DNA of 64,000 bases from Amoebophrya sp. A120 (lineage: Eukaryota; Protista; Dinoflagellata). This document shows positions 48,614 through 59,535 of this stretch, one piece after another. The notes beneath the pieces were generated by a model that worked only from the letters and a program-made list of their open reading frames with translations, searched no databases and was not told the DNA's origin. Each line of letters begins with the position of its first letter. Positions within the stretch are counted from its first letter, which is position 1. The DNA lies in NCBI GenBank assembly GCA_905178155.1, contig CAJINV010000003.1, positions 3,148,260 through 3,212,259 on the forward strand, given 5' to 3'. The position numbers were made by a program, and so were the translations under genes.

Positions 48614-51499
48614 ATGGGGCTTATCCGGATAATTTCGGGGGAGGAGGTCCAGGCGACCATTCCAGCCGGTTTCGCAAAGCGGCTTCCACTGGTGAAGCGG
48701 TTGCTGGAAGGTGACGCCGGGCGCGTACCCGGTGTCGGGCGCAAGCAGGAGCTCAATTTGGATAGCTTGGGTCAGTCTTGGGGTTGCTTTTTGTTGGCGC
48801 TGAATAAAATCTCGCCCATCCCATTCCTGACCGGAGCTGAGGAAGACAAGCTTTGTAAGCAGGAGGGGGTGCTGAATCTGGATGGACAGGATCTGAATTA
48901 CTTTTGGTTCTCTGAGGATCCCCAGACCGGAGCACTGTCGACGGTCCCGACTGTCTATGAGGTGTGCGAGTTCTTCGGCGGAGGCATGAAAAAAATCCAG
49001 AGAAGTCACGATCTCCTCTTTGGCACTCGGGACGAGCGTGCCTTGTTTTCTGTCTTACAGGCGAAGGACCGCGATCAAATGCAAGCTTTTCACCCGAGCA
49101 CAGCAGATTCCGATGAGATTCAGCAGTACAACTTCGAGGATGCGGGGGCTTCCGGGGGTGGAGGCCATCCGCCGGCAAAGCGGCCGCGGATCTCGACTGG
49201 CGGGACGAGTGGGGGGCAAGAACCCAGTAGTTGTAGTGCCGGCGCGTCGCGGCCAGATGAATTTGCTTGCAGTACTAATGCTCGCTTTGTGAAACACCCT
49301 CGGGAGATAATCAACATTCATCCAGACCCTGTCACCGGGGCCGCGTTGCCTGTTGTGCGCGATCCTGCTTTCCAAGATGATGGGCACGGATGTTTCCCGC
49401 AGGACGTTCGGTTATTTGCGCCAGCGAAGGGTGCCAAGCAGGTGGCGCACTACGATAAGCTCGCCTCTTTGAGGGAGGCACGCGAGGCAGCTGGGCCTGC
49501 GTTGGCGGCCGAGTTGCTACGAGATATGGAATTTGATTCATCCATGCCGAAAGGCGTGCGGTGGGTCATGGCAGGCGGTAGCGTAGTAAAGGCTCTAACG
49601 CAGCCGCTGGCTAGCTTGGGGGGCAGCGATTTGGATCTCTACCTCGTCATTCCGGAGAAGGGCGTCGATGGCAATTATACGGGAGTAGAGCCTACTAATC
49701 CGACCGAGATTTGGAGGCGCGCTGTCCTTGCGCTGTATGCAAACATTCAGCGAGACGCATGCAAATTCAAGGTCGACACCATACACCGAACTGCGCACGC
49801 CGTCACGCTGCACCTAGTGGAGCGGCGCGTAGCGAAAACTTTGAACGTGCATGAAAAGCGGCTCGCACCAACACACTCGGGTGGCCTCCTTTGGCCTGAC
49901 GACGAGGAAGAACAATTGCCTACGACACGAATTGATATTGGCGGTCAGTGGTACTGCGCGCGACATGAACATGATCTGTTGGTGTACCGGGTCCAGCTAA
50001 TGTCAACGTACTACCCAAGCGTCTTCGAGATTCTCCGGAATTTCGATTTGCCGTGCTGCCAAGTGGCGTGTGAGGTAATGCCACAGCAACGTGGGGACGA
50101 GCAGCAAGAAAGCTTTTACACGACCGCACGGGGGAAGCTTGCACTGACGACCCGAAGCAATCTTTTGGCGCAGGATGACTCCGTCTGCATTTTGCGTGCC
50201 CGAAAGTACTGGCTCCGAGGCTTCGGCTTTGCTATTCCCACCTGCGGGCCGAGTGTGTCTGCGAAGTTTGACGAGCTGCGGGCTTGGTACAGCGACTACG
50301 CAGCCCAGAGCGAGTCTGTGTTTGCGGACACGGCGAAAAAATACCGTGGTGCGGAGTTGGCGGAAGCCGATCGAGTATGCGATTCGGAATTCTATCAGAG
50401 AGCCCGTGACGAAACTGACGAAATGTTCCGAAAAATCATATTGGACGACGCTTTCCAGTACAGCCAACCCAAGACCCCAGGGTTTCGTGAAGCCTATGCT
50501 CTTGCACGAGTTATTCGGGAAGATCAACGGGCGTTGCAAGCACAGCTGGCGAAGATCACTTTTCCGTGCTTCTGGATTCCCTTGTCAGAGCTCGAGCGGC
50601 TGCTTTGCTTCATGTTTGCGACCGAAGAAGAAAAGCCAACTCGACGTCCCTCTACCGTGGAGGCGGACGCGGAGGGTCTTTCTCTCGACCACTTGCGATT
50701 CGTGAGGGATTTGCAAGCTCATTGCTCTACAGAGAGAAAGATCAAAAATTCACCTTCGATGTCCACGTGCTCTCGAGGTGGGCTTATGGTGCCGCGGCCC
50801 CGCAATTGGCCAAACCATGAGAAACTCGAGTACTGGCCAGACGTGCCCAAACCATTGCAAGACCGCTTGGAGAAAATGTTGAAGGCAATGGGGCTGATGA
50901 AAAGCAGCGAAGCAGTAAATACGTTGGCCTCTGAGTCCGAGGTGCGTGGTCCCGCAGGACTTTCCGCGACAGCAAATGGTAGTCAAGAGAACCTGCGGCA
51001 TTTTCCTGACTACGATACCTCAGTGGCTCCGGAACTTCAGGCCATGCTTTTTCCTTCAGATCATAAGAAATTGCTGTGCCGCACCTTCGGTCCTGCGGAC
51101 AGCGGCGGCGGTATAAGCGTCAAGCGCATCACTGGCGGCGTCGGTTTCTACAAGCGAGTTTATGCGATGTCGCATAGAGTAGAGCCGTGGCTATATTTCA
51201 CGGATAACATTGACCACATATTGTACCCAGGACGAGAAAGCATTCCCCTCGACGGCGAAAAATACTGGGCCTGCAAACAAATCATGAGCCGAGTGCCGAT
51301 ACCGTCGCACCTGCAGACGCTTCATGTGTATAGTCCAGCCGAGGCAGCGAAGGCATTGTGGAAGGCTGGCGATTCGCATGACGCGCCCGGTCATGCATAT
51401 TGGATTTCGATGCGGTCAAAAGTTGGCGCCAAGTGGCACGTGCGACAGGGTATGCCTCTGGACCTGACTGCGCGGGAGATACTTGGTTTGGATTCTTGA
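48614..51499 (+). CDS. Pol-beta-superfamily nucleotidyltransferase (GGS..SDxDxY type) with a possible BTB-like N-terminus
   Basis: Intronless 961 aa. Motifs WVMAGGSVV (~49561-49588), SDLDLYLV (~49625), RTAHAVT, VQLM..SVFEILRNFDLPCCQVA, RARKYWLRGF. Confidence 0.75.
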   Translation: MGLIRIISGEEVQATIPAGFAKRLPLVKRLLEGDAGRVPGVGRKQELNLDSLGQSWGCFLLALNKISPIPFLTGAEEDKLCKQEGVLNLDGQDLNYFWFSEDPQTGALSTVPTVYEVCEFFGGGMKKIQRSHDLLFGTRDERALFSVLQAKDRDQMQAFHPSTADSDEIQQYNFEDAGASGGGGHPPAKRPRISTGGTSGGQEPSSCSAGASRPDEFACSTNARFVKHPREIINIHPDPVTGAALPVVRDPAFQDDGHGCFPQDVRLFAPAKGAKQVAHYDKLASLREAREAAGPALAAELLRDMEFDSSMPKGVRWVMAGGSVVKALTQPLASLGGSDLDLYLVIPEKGVDGNYTGVEPTNPTEIWRRAVLALYANIQRDACKFKVDTIHRTAHAVTLHLVERRVAKTLNVHEKRLAPTHSGGLLWPDDEEEQLPTTRIDIGGQWYCARHEHDLLVYRVQLMSTYYPSVFEILRNFDLPCCQVACEVMPQQRGDEQQESFYTTARGKLALTTRSNLLAQDDSVCILRARKYWLRGFGFAIPTCGPSVSAKFDELRAWYSDYAAQSESVFADTAKKYRGAELAEADRVCDSEFYQRARDETDEMFRKIILDDAFQYSQPKTPGFREAYALARVIREDQRALQAQLAKITFPCFWIPLSELERLLCFMFATEEEKPTRRPSTVEADAEGLSLDHLRFVRDLQAHCSTERKIKNSPSMSTCSRGGLMVPRPRNWPNHEKLEYWPDVPKPLQDRLEKMLKAMGLMKSSEAVNTLASESEVRGPAGLSATANGSQENLRHFPDYDTSVAPELQAMLFPSDHKKLLCRTFGPADSGGGISVKRITGGVGFYKRVYAMSHRVEPWLYFTDNIDHILYPGRESIPLDGEKYWACKQIMSRVPIPSHLQTLHVYSPAEAAKALWKAGDSHDAPGHAYWISMRSKVGAKWHVRQGMPLDLTAREILGLDS

Positions 51500-51859
51500 G
51501 ACATTTCAAGACTTCTTCCTTTTTTCATCATCCCTGCTAGCTAACACATAGTGTGAAAGTTGTAATAAGCGCATGCGCAATTTTGGCAGCGTGCATGTCC
51601 ACGCTTTGTCCTCTTGCAAAAGTGCAAGTCGTCCACCTTTGTTCAACTTACACATCCGATGCTGCCATCGAGAATTCCATGCCCTGGGTGCTTTCTGAGA
51701 GTATTGTCACCGGTTTGATTCCTGCAGTTGATCTGCTCTTTCGGCGGTCGAAAACTACTTGGTTCGTTGTTTGAGAAGATGACTTTGGCGAGCGAAAAAC
51801 GAAAGGCTAAGGTCCATTAACCATCTCAGAGTAGCATTCTCACGATCCAAGCGAAAAAA

Positions 51860-52919
51860 ATGGCAGTGAAAAGTCGCACCGCCCTGACAAGATTGGGCTT
51901 TCCGGGTCCTTCTGCTTCGAAAGGCACCACGTCGTTCTGGCCTTCCAAGGCGTTGGAGCCTTTCGCGACGGCAAATAACGTCGTTCTACCCGCTTCGAGC
52001 ACCCCGACCACCACTCGGATTCCCGATCGGATCGCGACGCGGCACTACCATATCAAATGTAAAAATGTCTGGGTCTGGAAGAGTCCGAACTTGTGATGCA
52101 CATTTCAGAACACAGGAAAATCTCTCATGCATGGGTAGCAAAAGCTGCCCACTTTCTGTCACCAAAGTGGGGGATTTGTCATGCGGATTCGGCATTGCGG
52201 AAGCTTCTCGAAACCTGTAATGCTAGAGCTTCCATGCCAGACCTTCTGTGTCATGCAAAAACAGCATGACTCTTCCAGACCAGACCCAGACATTTTTACA
52301 TTTGATATACCACCATTGCCAGCAACTCCACACGTTGTTCACGAGGCCGTCTTTGCCTTCCGCCACCGCTATCCAAAGTTTGACGCGCTCTACTTCCTCT
52401 TCCGGGCTGCTGCTTCGCGCATCCTCACCTTACCCGGTTTTCTGTGCCTTCCAGACGTTGAGGCGCTCCATTGTCACCGATGTCGAAACCGCCAGTCGCG
52501 GCGGGAAAAACCGGCCGCTGGAAAGCTGGGAAGAGGTGGAAAAGCACCACCTGAAAATTCCCACGCTGGACAACTACAAGCGGCCGAAAAACGCCCCGCT
52601 GCCGACGGAACTGACGAGAGCCGATTACCATCAGTTCATGCGGGGAAAGCCGCGTCGGTGGCAGCAGCAAACGGTTTGTCCGGCGGTAGGCGCGGCGTTG
52701 ATCTGCTTCACGTTTTGCGAGATGGCCTACGCCATGTTCAAACTGAAACCGGACGACTTCGATTGGATCGAGGAGGAGAGAGCACGCGCCAGAGCCGCCC
52801 GAGAGCGGATCGACCTCGAATTGCGGAGGCGCGAAAAGGAATCGAAGACTGAGGCAAAGAAGATTCTGCAAGGCGGCGAAGATGTCCCGGGAATTACGGG
52901 GCCGGTCGCGCCAGCATGA
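51860..52919 (+). CDS. Probable mitochondrial single-TM protein (C-terminus reminiscent of COA3/CCDC56)
   Basis: Exons 51860-52050 and 52313-52919 join after introner removal. Basic, S/T-rich presequence-like N-terminus; TM followed by YAMFKLKPDDFDWIEEERARARA. Family call is weak. Confidence 0.6.
52051..52307 (+). mobile_element. Introner (family B), TSD TACCA
   Basis: TATCAAATGTAAAAATGTCTGGGTCTGG...CCAGACCCAGACATTTTTACATTTGATA. Removal gives RHYH|HCQQLH. Confidence 0.95.
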
Positions 52920-53866
52920 TCTGCGTGAGAACGACAGTATGGATCTTTACGAGACAATCTGTACTATACTTGCAGCCATGGAAGCAGAATGAGAGTTACA
53001 AGCAAGAACTTAGGTATGCAGACTCAGATTCTGCATGTGCCGCGCCAAGAATGCTGCATAGAGCGCATCGGTACTATAGCTGCTCGTACGATGGTCGCCC
53101 AGAGCTATGGAGAATATCGGTCTCAGATAAATAGATTCGAGCTCTTGTTTTCAGTAGATAGGATCAGGTGGGTTCATTCAAGTCTGTTCGACTGATTGAT
53201 CTCTATAACGCAACCAGATCATAAAGCGATCTCACGGCGCCGCCGTTTTTCCCTGCATCGGCGGACCAAAAGAAGCAAACTTTGTCTTCTGGTCTAGTGC
53301 AACGCCCTTTGTGTTGGCGCACCTTTTTCCAAGATCAACTTTCATAATGCCAGCGACTACCGATGTACCCTGGGAACCCCGCAGCAAGTACGCCTCATAA
53401 GGTTTTTTAGCTGTGCTACATTACCAATACCCCGATTGTTTTTCACCCGGAAAAAAAGCTTTGCTTTTGGCTTTGACCATTTTCTTCTTGAAGCAGAAAG
53501 ACAGATCTTTTTGTGTTTTTTCACGATCAACCTCATTTCACAAAGATCTTTTTCAAGGTCGTTTTTGACCCCTTTTTCCCCCGTATTTTATCTCCTCCGA
53601 TTGAAGAATTCTTCAAAACCCTGAAAGCACTACGACCCACCTCGCCACAGACAAGTCCACCACCGAGTACTTAATTTTCTCGGAGACTGTACCAGGACGA
53701 CCCGATACAACAACGAACCCCAATAAACCCCGCTGATTTTTACCTCCTTCGCAAAACACGGCATGGCTCTCCTGCAAGCGGACAGGGTCTTCGTCCCTGT
53801 GGGTTGTAATAACGAACGCCGAATAATTTTTCCCCTCGCCTAGCCCAACATAACATCGGACGGAGG

Positions 53867-56800
53867 ATGGCGCGGGGTGCGAAAGTGGGGAGCGGCACCA
53901 TAGGTGAGAGTGTCGATGCGGCTTTGGGGAGGGCGAGAGTCTCCTCGCCGGCGGTGACCGCGACAGAGAGCACGCGCGCCTTCCAGACAGACTTTGGACA
54001 TCACACGCCGAGCAAGGGGAGCACAGCAGGTGACGAAGCAAGCAGAGTTGGAGGTGCACCGGTACTAGCATCGTCGTCCAGCAGGTCGAAGACGACGATG
54101 GACATGATGGCGTCGGCAGGGAAAAAGCTCCCGGGTGCGACGTTATTTCAGCAGGTGCTGGAATACCTCGAGCTGACACCCTGGCTGCTGGCGCTGCACG
54201 GCGCGGTATTTTTTGGCGTCCTCAGCCTCATCCTACAGGACAAAATTCGCGAAAAGGCGCACGAGGAGGCGTCAATATCCTTTTTCGCGAAGTCAGGCTT
54301 CAAAATCGGCGCGCCGCGGTATTCCTCGCAGTACGAAACGGCATTTGAGTGCTTGTCCTTCGCGAAAATCGTGCTCAGGTATATAAAACGTGCTTCTTCA
54401 GCCTTCGTAGAAAAGTGTGTTTCGAAACAACTATGACATAGTTCGTCTTTATCGTGGGGTCCACGAAAGAAGGAAAAAAAAATGGGTACTTGTAGTGAGC
54501 ATTCTTCTCGCGGATAAATCAAACACAAAACTCAGGTCATTGTGCTTCACTTTTGCCCTTTTTCGCTTTCTCGGGGCGCGCACCCGGGAGGAGAAGAGCG
54601 CCACGGAGCGGGAGAGTTGGCTGGGTTATTTCATTTCGAATGCGTTCACCGCACTGTGGCCCGCGTCGACGCGGGGCGTCCTGGCAATTTTCTGTTTCGC
54701 GGTATCCCGAGGGCTGGTGGAAAACCTGTTTTTCGTGGTGCAGTACCTGGAAATTGTGAACTCCACCACGACACCCGCTTCCCGCCCCGGAAGTACCGCA
54801 GACGCCATCGCCGCCCCTCCACCGGCTCTGGACGACAGCGTGCTGGTTTGCGAAGTGTTCGACGCCGTGCGTTCGGTGTTCCTGAAGTCGATCCTGATTG
54901 TCGGACTGTTTGTGGGACATCGCTACATCCAATCGGAGAACGAGCCCGAGGAGTACCTGTCCTGGGCGACGTATATGGCAACGTTCGGCACCGCCACGGA
55001 GCAATATGATCCCAACGACATCAGGTCGACACACATGATGTCAACGCCGCATCAGGTATAGTGCGTTCATTTTTTTCCTCTGGTTGTCTATCTCGATGAA
55101 ATAGAATGGGTCTTGACTTCGCTGTGCTTGCGGAAGGGCAGGCATGTGGTGCTGGCTGCCTGTCTATACTTCATTTTCTACCCCCGACTACAGCGCCAGG
55201 ACCGAGCGTTTGGCCCAAGTAAAGACTCCCCGTACCATTCGCCGATAGATCGGCCGCTGCCGGATGAGATCGAGATGGAGCCGCTCGACATGTCGGGCAC
55301 GTCTTCGCTGCCACTCTTGAGTGCGTCCGGGGTCCACCAACCGGACTTCGCCAGCAGCACAGCCGCGATGCAGATGTTGCGACCGAGTCCCACGCCCGCG
55401 ACGCCCGACGTGCCAGAGCGCAAGAGGCGGACGCTTAGTGACGAGGCCCCGGACACAATGCTCTACGCACACCTGGCGGACAACAGCGTAGCAACAGATA
55501 AGTCCTCCCGCGGCACCCCCGACCTCCACGGAGGAGGTGACAAGTCTCCCACTAGCAAAGTGTTTCAGAAGAGTTTTTCGGAAACGCTTGAAAGCGGCGA
55601 AGTAGCGGGGGCGGAGCCCATACCGTCGCCGCGCTCGCGCGGGAGCAGCTCGGTGCCATCCCGACCGCCTTCTCCGATGGCCAGTCCAAACGAACCTCCG
55701 CCGGTAGACGAGAAAAGCCCGCCAGCGACGTGGCACGGCGAAAGCACCGGGCGAACGGGACTGGACGGCTTGTTTCCCGGTAGTCTGGATAACAGCGGCA
55801 CGGTTTCCGCCACGGATCAGGAGCTGAACGGCGCAAAGCGAGCGCCCTCGATGGGGAACAAGACAATCGCGTCGTTTGGTTTGCAACAGAAAGCGAGCCC
55901 GCTCAATCCCTCACCAAGTGCGGACGATAACAGCTTCGACGACTTGTTCGCCAAACTGGGGCGCCGCCACGCACACACCGTGATGCTTCCCGCGCCCGAA
56001 GTGCCGCTGCACACGCACGACGTGCTGCTTAGCGGGGCCGGTTTGGACTTTTTGGATCCGCTCGATAGTTCGAACACGTGGAGCCACCCGCACGGGCAGA
56101 AGCTTTTGCAACATGCGATGACCGCGCAGAACCTGTCCTTGGGCACCAGCTCTGGCGCAGCAGCCCAGGGATCAGTGCATCCCGACCGCGAAGTTTCCGG
56201 CGAGTCTTCGAAATCGCCCGGCGCGGCGCAGCGACACAGACCTGCAACAGCAGCGTCGACTTTCAAAAACGTGCCGGCGCTCACAACGGACCGTAATTGG
56301 TTTCTGATCCAGCCGAGAAAACCCTGGCAACCCAGACAGTTGTGGCGGAAGCTGCGGTTCTGCGTGTTCGGGCTGGACCCGTTTTCCCAGTCGCTGAACA
56401 GCTACGCGCAATACTTTGCCGGGTTCATCTTGCTCTGTTCGCTGTTTGAATGTGTTGGAGAGGTCTTTCTGTTCCAAACCGTGGATAGGCAAACGTGGTT
56501 GGGCCGAAGGTTGATAACCGGTAATTGGAGGCACGCGGTCTACGTAGCGCTCTTCTACCCGCTCGAGACGCTGGTGCTCTTCGGACTGCTCTACTTTGTT
56601 CGCACGCGCGTCTTGGTCGTGCGGAACGAAGACAACGGGAGCAGCACGAAGACGCTGAGCAAGATGGGCATCTCAATCACCACGAAAACGAATACGAAGA
56701 CGACGACTGTTGTTGACCATGGCAATCATGGAAGCATTGGAAACACCTCCGCCACAGCGACTGCCTCCACCGGTCTCGTGGCTGCTGGCGCTACCGGGAG

Positions 56801-57566
56801 CAGCACGACGCCGGCGATCCCCGGGCGCAGTCCGGCGTTTTCATCCGCGAATGTCCCGCCGGGCGTCGCGAACAACGACAGACATTGGATTTTCGTCGCG
56901 GTTCCCGCGCACTGGTCGCGGATCTTCAACGACCTCGTCCGCGGTTTGATCTGTTTCGGACTGATCTTGATGTCGCACCGGGTTTGCTCCGGCATGCTGT
57001 CCTTCTTCATCACCATCGAGTGCAAGCACATCGAGAACGACATCAACCAGTTCGTGCTCAAGTGGCGCTCCTACACGCGGAAGCAGCGTCAGGAGCGGTA
57101 CCAGAAGCTGTCCGACCGGGTGCGGATCTTGGACAAGAAGCTGTTCGCGATCTTGCACTTCGTTTTCAGCGAGCACGTGATGTACATCGCGTTAGATGCG
57201 ATTGACGCGCGGTGCGCGCTAACCCGGGCCCGGCACTTGGGGCTCTTCGTGTTGAGGCATCTGATCGGCGTTTGCCTCGCGTGCGTAGCGATGTGGCACG
57301 CGGGGGTCGTCAACTACGCGATCTACGAGGGTGTATGGAGCAAGGTGGAGCGCGAACGACTGCACTTAAGAGACGACCAAGTCCTCTACCGCCGAGAACT
57401 GAAGGACTGGACGTCGTTCCTCGCGCACGCGTCGCGGTGGTCGCGGTCGGTGTGCATCCGGCTGTTCTGGATGCGGTACGCGCTGACCTCCAACGTCGTA
57501 ATGGGCCTTATCGTGTCGTTAGTGCTCTGGCCCGCCATTGCAAAGATCGTGCTGGCAATTGGCTAA
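53867..57566 (+). CDS. Large multi-pass membrane protein with a long disordered loop; C-terminal 7TM-like module
   Basis: Exons 53867-54378, 54536-55055, ~55194-57566 join in frame via GT-AG introns; hydrophobic clusters occur at both ends. Confidence 0.7.
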
Positions 57567-58075
57567 CGTGAGTATCGTAGCTGATGTTCATCATGATGCA
57601 CATAGTCGGCCTCGGCAAACACTGGTTGCTCGGGGACAGGCGCTGCACTGGAAGCGACACTGCGGGCATTGGGTAGCTCTGTTGTCGCCTCTCAACAGAT
57701 ACTCAGTAGTGTAGGAATTAGAACCTTCACACACGTATGAACAACCCGATAAATAGAAGAAAGCGCAAAGTACAAGTAGTAGAACGTAAAGAAACGAAGA
57801 AATCACTGCGGAACTAGGAAGTTTTCCTCTTCCTTTAGCTGCTCCGGTGGTTGTGTTCGATGCGAAAATCGGTCTTTCTGATCTGTCGTTGCGCCGCATT
57901 TTTTCACTAGAATATGAAGATCTCGGCGAAACACGGATCAATCCGAGGCAGCGGAATTCTTTCGAGTGCAGCGTACGTGCGGAAGTTCCCGTATTGGTAG
58001 CGTTGTTGATTATTAGGTGAAAAGTCAGTTACTTCTGAGTTGTGTAAGAACATCTCGAGAATACAGATATCAAAA

Positions 58076-58715
58076 ATGATGCGTGTCTCGGTGCTTGTCT
58101 TGTCAGCCATCGTGCTGAAGGCCTCCGGTTTGTCCGTGAAGAAAGCGTTGAAGTGCTGCGATCCGGAGGCGAAGCCCGACATCGGCGGCGAGGCGGACGC
58201 GGAGGTGGCCACTACTCCGAAGGCGGAAACGGGTACCGGTGATGCGACGGAAGAGAAGAAGGAAGAGGAGATCGCCCCCATTGTCGAGGAGGAGAAGAAG
58301 AAGACGCCGGAAGCCACCCCAGACGCGTCTCCGAACACCGGCACTGCCCCTGGCTCCGATGTGGAGCCGGCGACCACTGGTATTGTTTGTGCTGAGTGTG
58401 GCAATTACGTATGTACTACAAGTAATTTCCCTGCAGATGATGAAACGTAGCCGCCGGCCACATGCAAGTGCGCCTTCCGGATACTCCTCCTCTTGGTGTT
58501 TTCGTATTCATCGCGTTGAAACAGAGCTCGTAATCCTTGTGCTCATTCCCTCCACAGGTGGAGCGACGCCGGCGGCTGCATCCTCCTCCTCGCAGGACCC
58601 GGGGGCAACGGAGGAAACCGCGGTGGTCCCGAATGCGGACACTGGCGCGGCATCTGGAACCGGCGAGTGCAAAACCAAAGGCAAGAACAAGAAGGGCAGG
58701 TGCTCGATCATGTAG
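58076..58715 (+). CDS. Small acidic/Thr-rich protein with a hydrophobic N-terminus and a C-terminal polybasic CaaX motif
   Basis: Exons 58076-58379 and 58558-58715 (GT-AG intron); ends KTKGKNKKGRCSIM*. Confidence 0.7.
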
Positions 58716-59535
58716 AAGGAGACCCGAGGACGGGTCATCTGCCGCTGGGCCTGAAGAAGCTTCTTCAGAACCCAGAGTTGGACTTGGAATAAAGTAGATG
58801 TACATTATGAGACTATAGTTCAACAACTTCTGAAGCTCTACTGTAGACCCAGCCTGCTCACGAGGGAGGCATGCTCCTGTGGTTGTCCACGAGGGCGGAG
58901 GCATATTTACTCCTGATGGCGTTTCGTGCCTTTGGTTTTGCATCTTTCAATGCACCGATTTTGCCAGTTTTGCCGTACCGTACTACAAGGACCTGTGATC
59001 ATTGCTAGCACTCCCTCAGGAGTGCAGCCGCACTGCTTGACGACGCCAGTGACTTTCTTCGTGCTTGTTCTGTCCGGTTCCAGGTAAAAATTGAAGATCT
59101 GCGCAGAAAGCACAGCCATGTGGATGCATCAAGGTTCTGGTGAGTCGTTACGATCTGCGAATCTGCTCGTGGATCTACGAAGGCAGCACTTGCAACCTAG
59201 TCCATGACCACGATCTTCTGATTTTCTTTCCTCTTGTCGATCGGCGTTGACTGCGGTTTTTGCTATCGATCTGCTTTTCCACGCGGCGCCATTTTTTTCT
59301 GGATCTTGGTTTGTTTCAATTTCCCTTAGAAATCCATTATCTTACACGTAAATCTTACCTACTTCGTTTTTTCCAAACCGTAGGGCACAGAGGGGGCAAG
59401 GTGCACTGAAGAAGACTAAGGCATCTTGTCTCAAGTTTCAGCTGTACTGCTTGTGTGCAACTTCTCTGCGACGTTGAACGCCTCGTGTGTGCAACTTCTT
59501 CGCGACGTTGAGCATAAGTTGGTACATTGACAAAG

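Noticed and set aside
59453-59510. ~34-bp imperfect direct duplication upstream of a gene
   Set aside because: Two copies only; most simply local slippage with no evidence of function.
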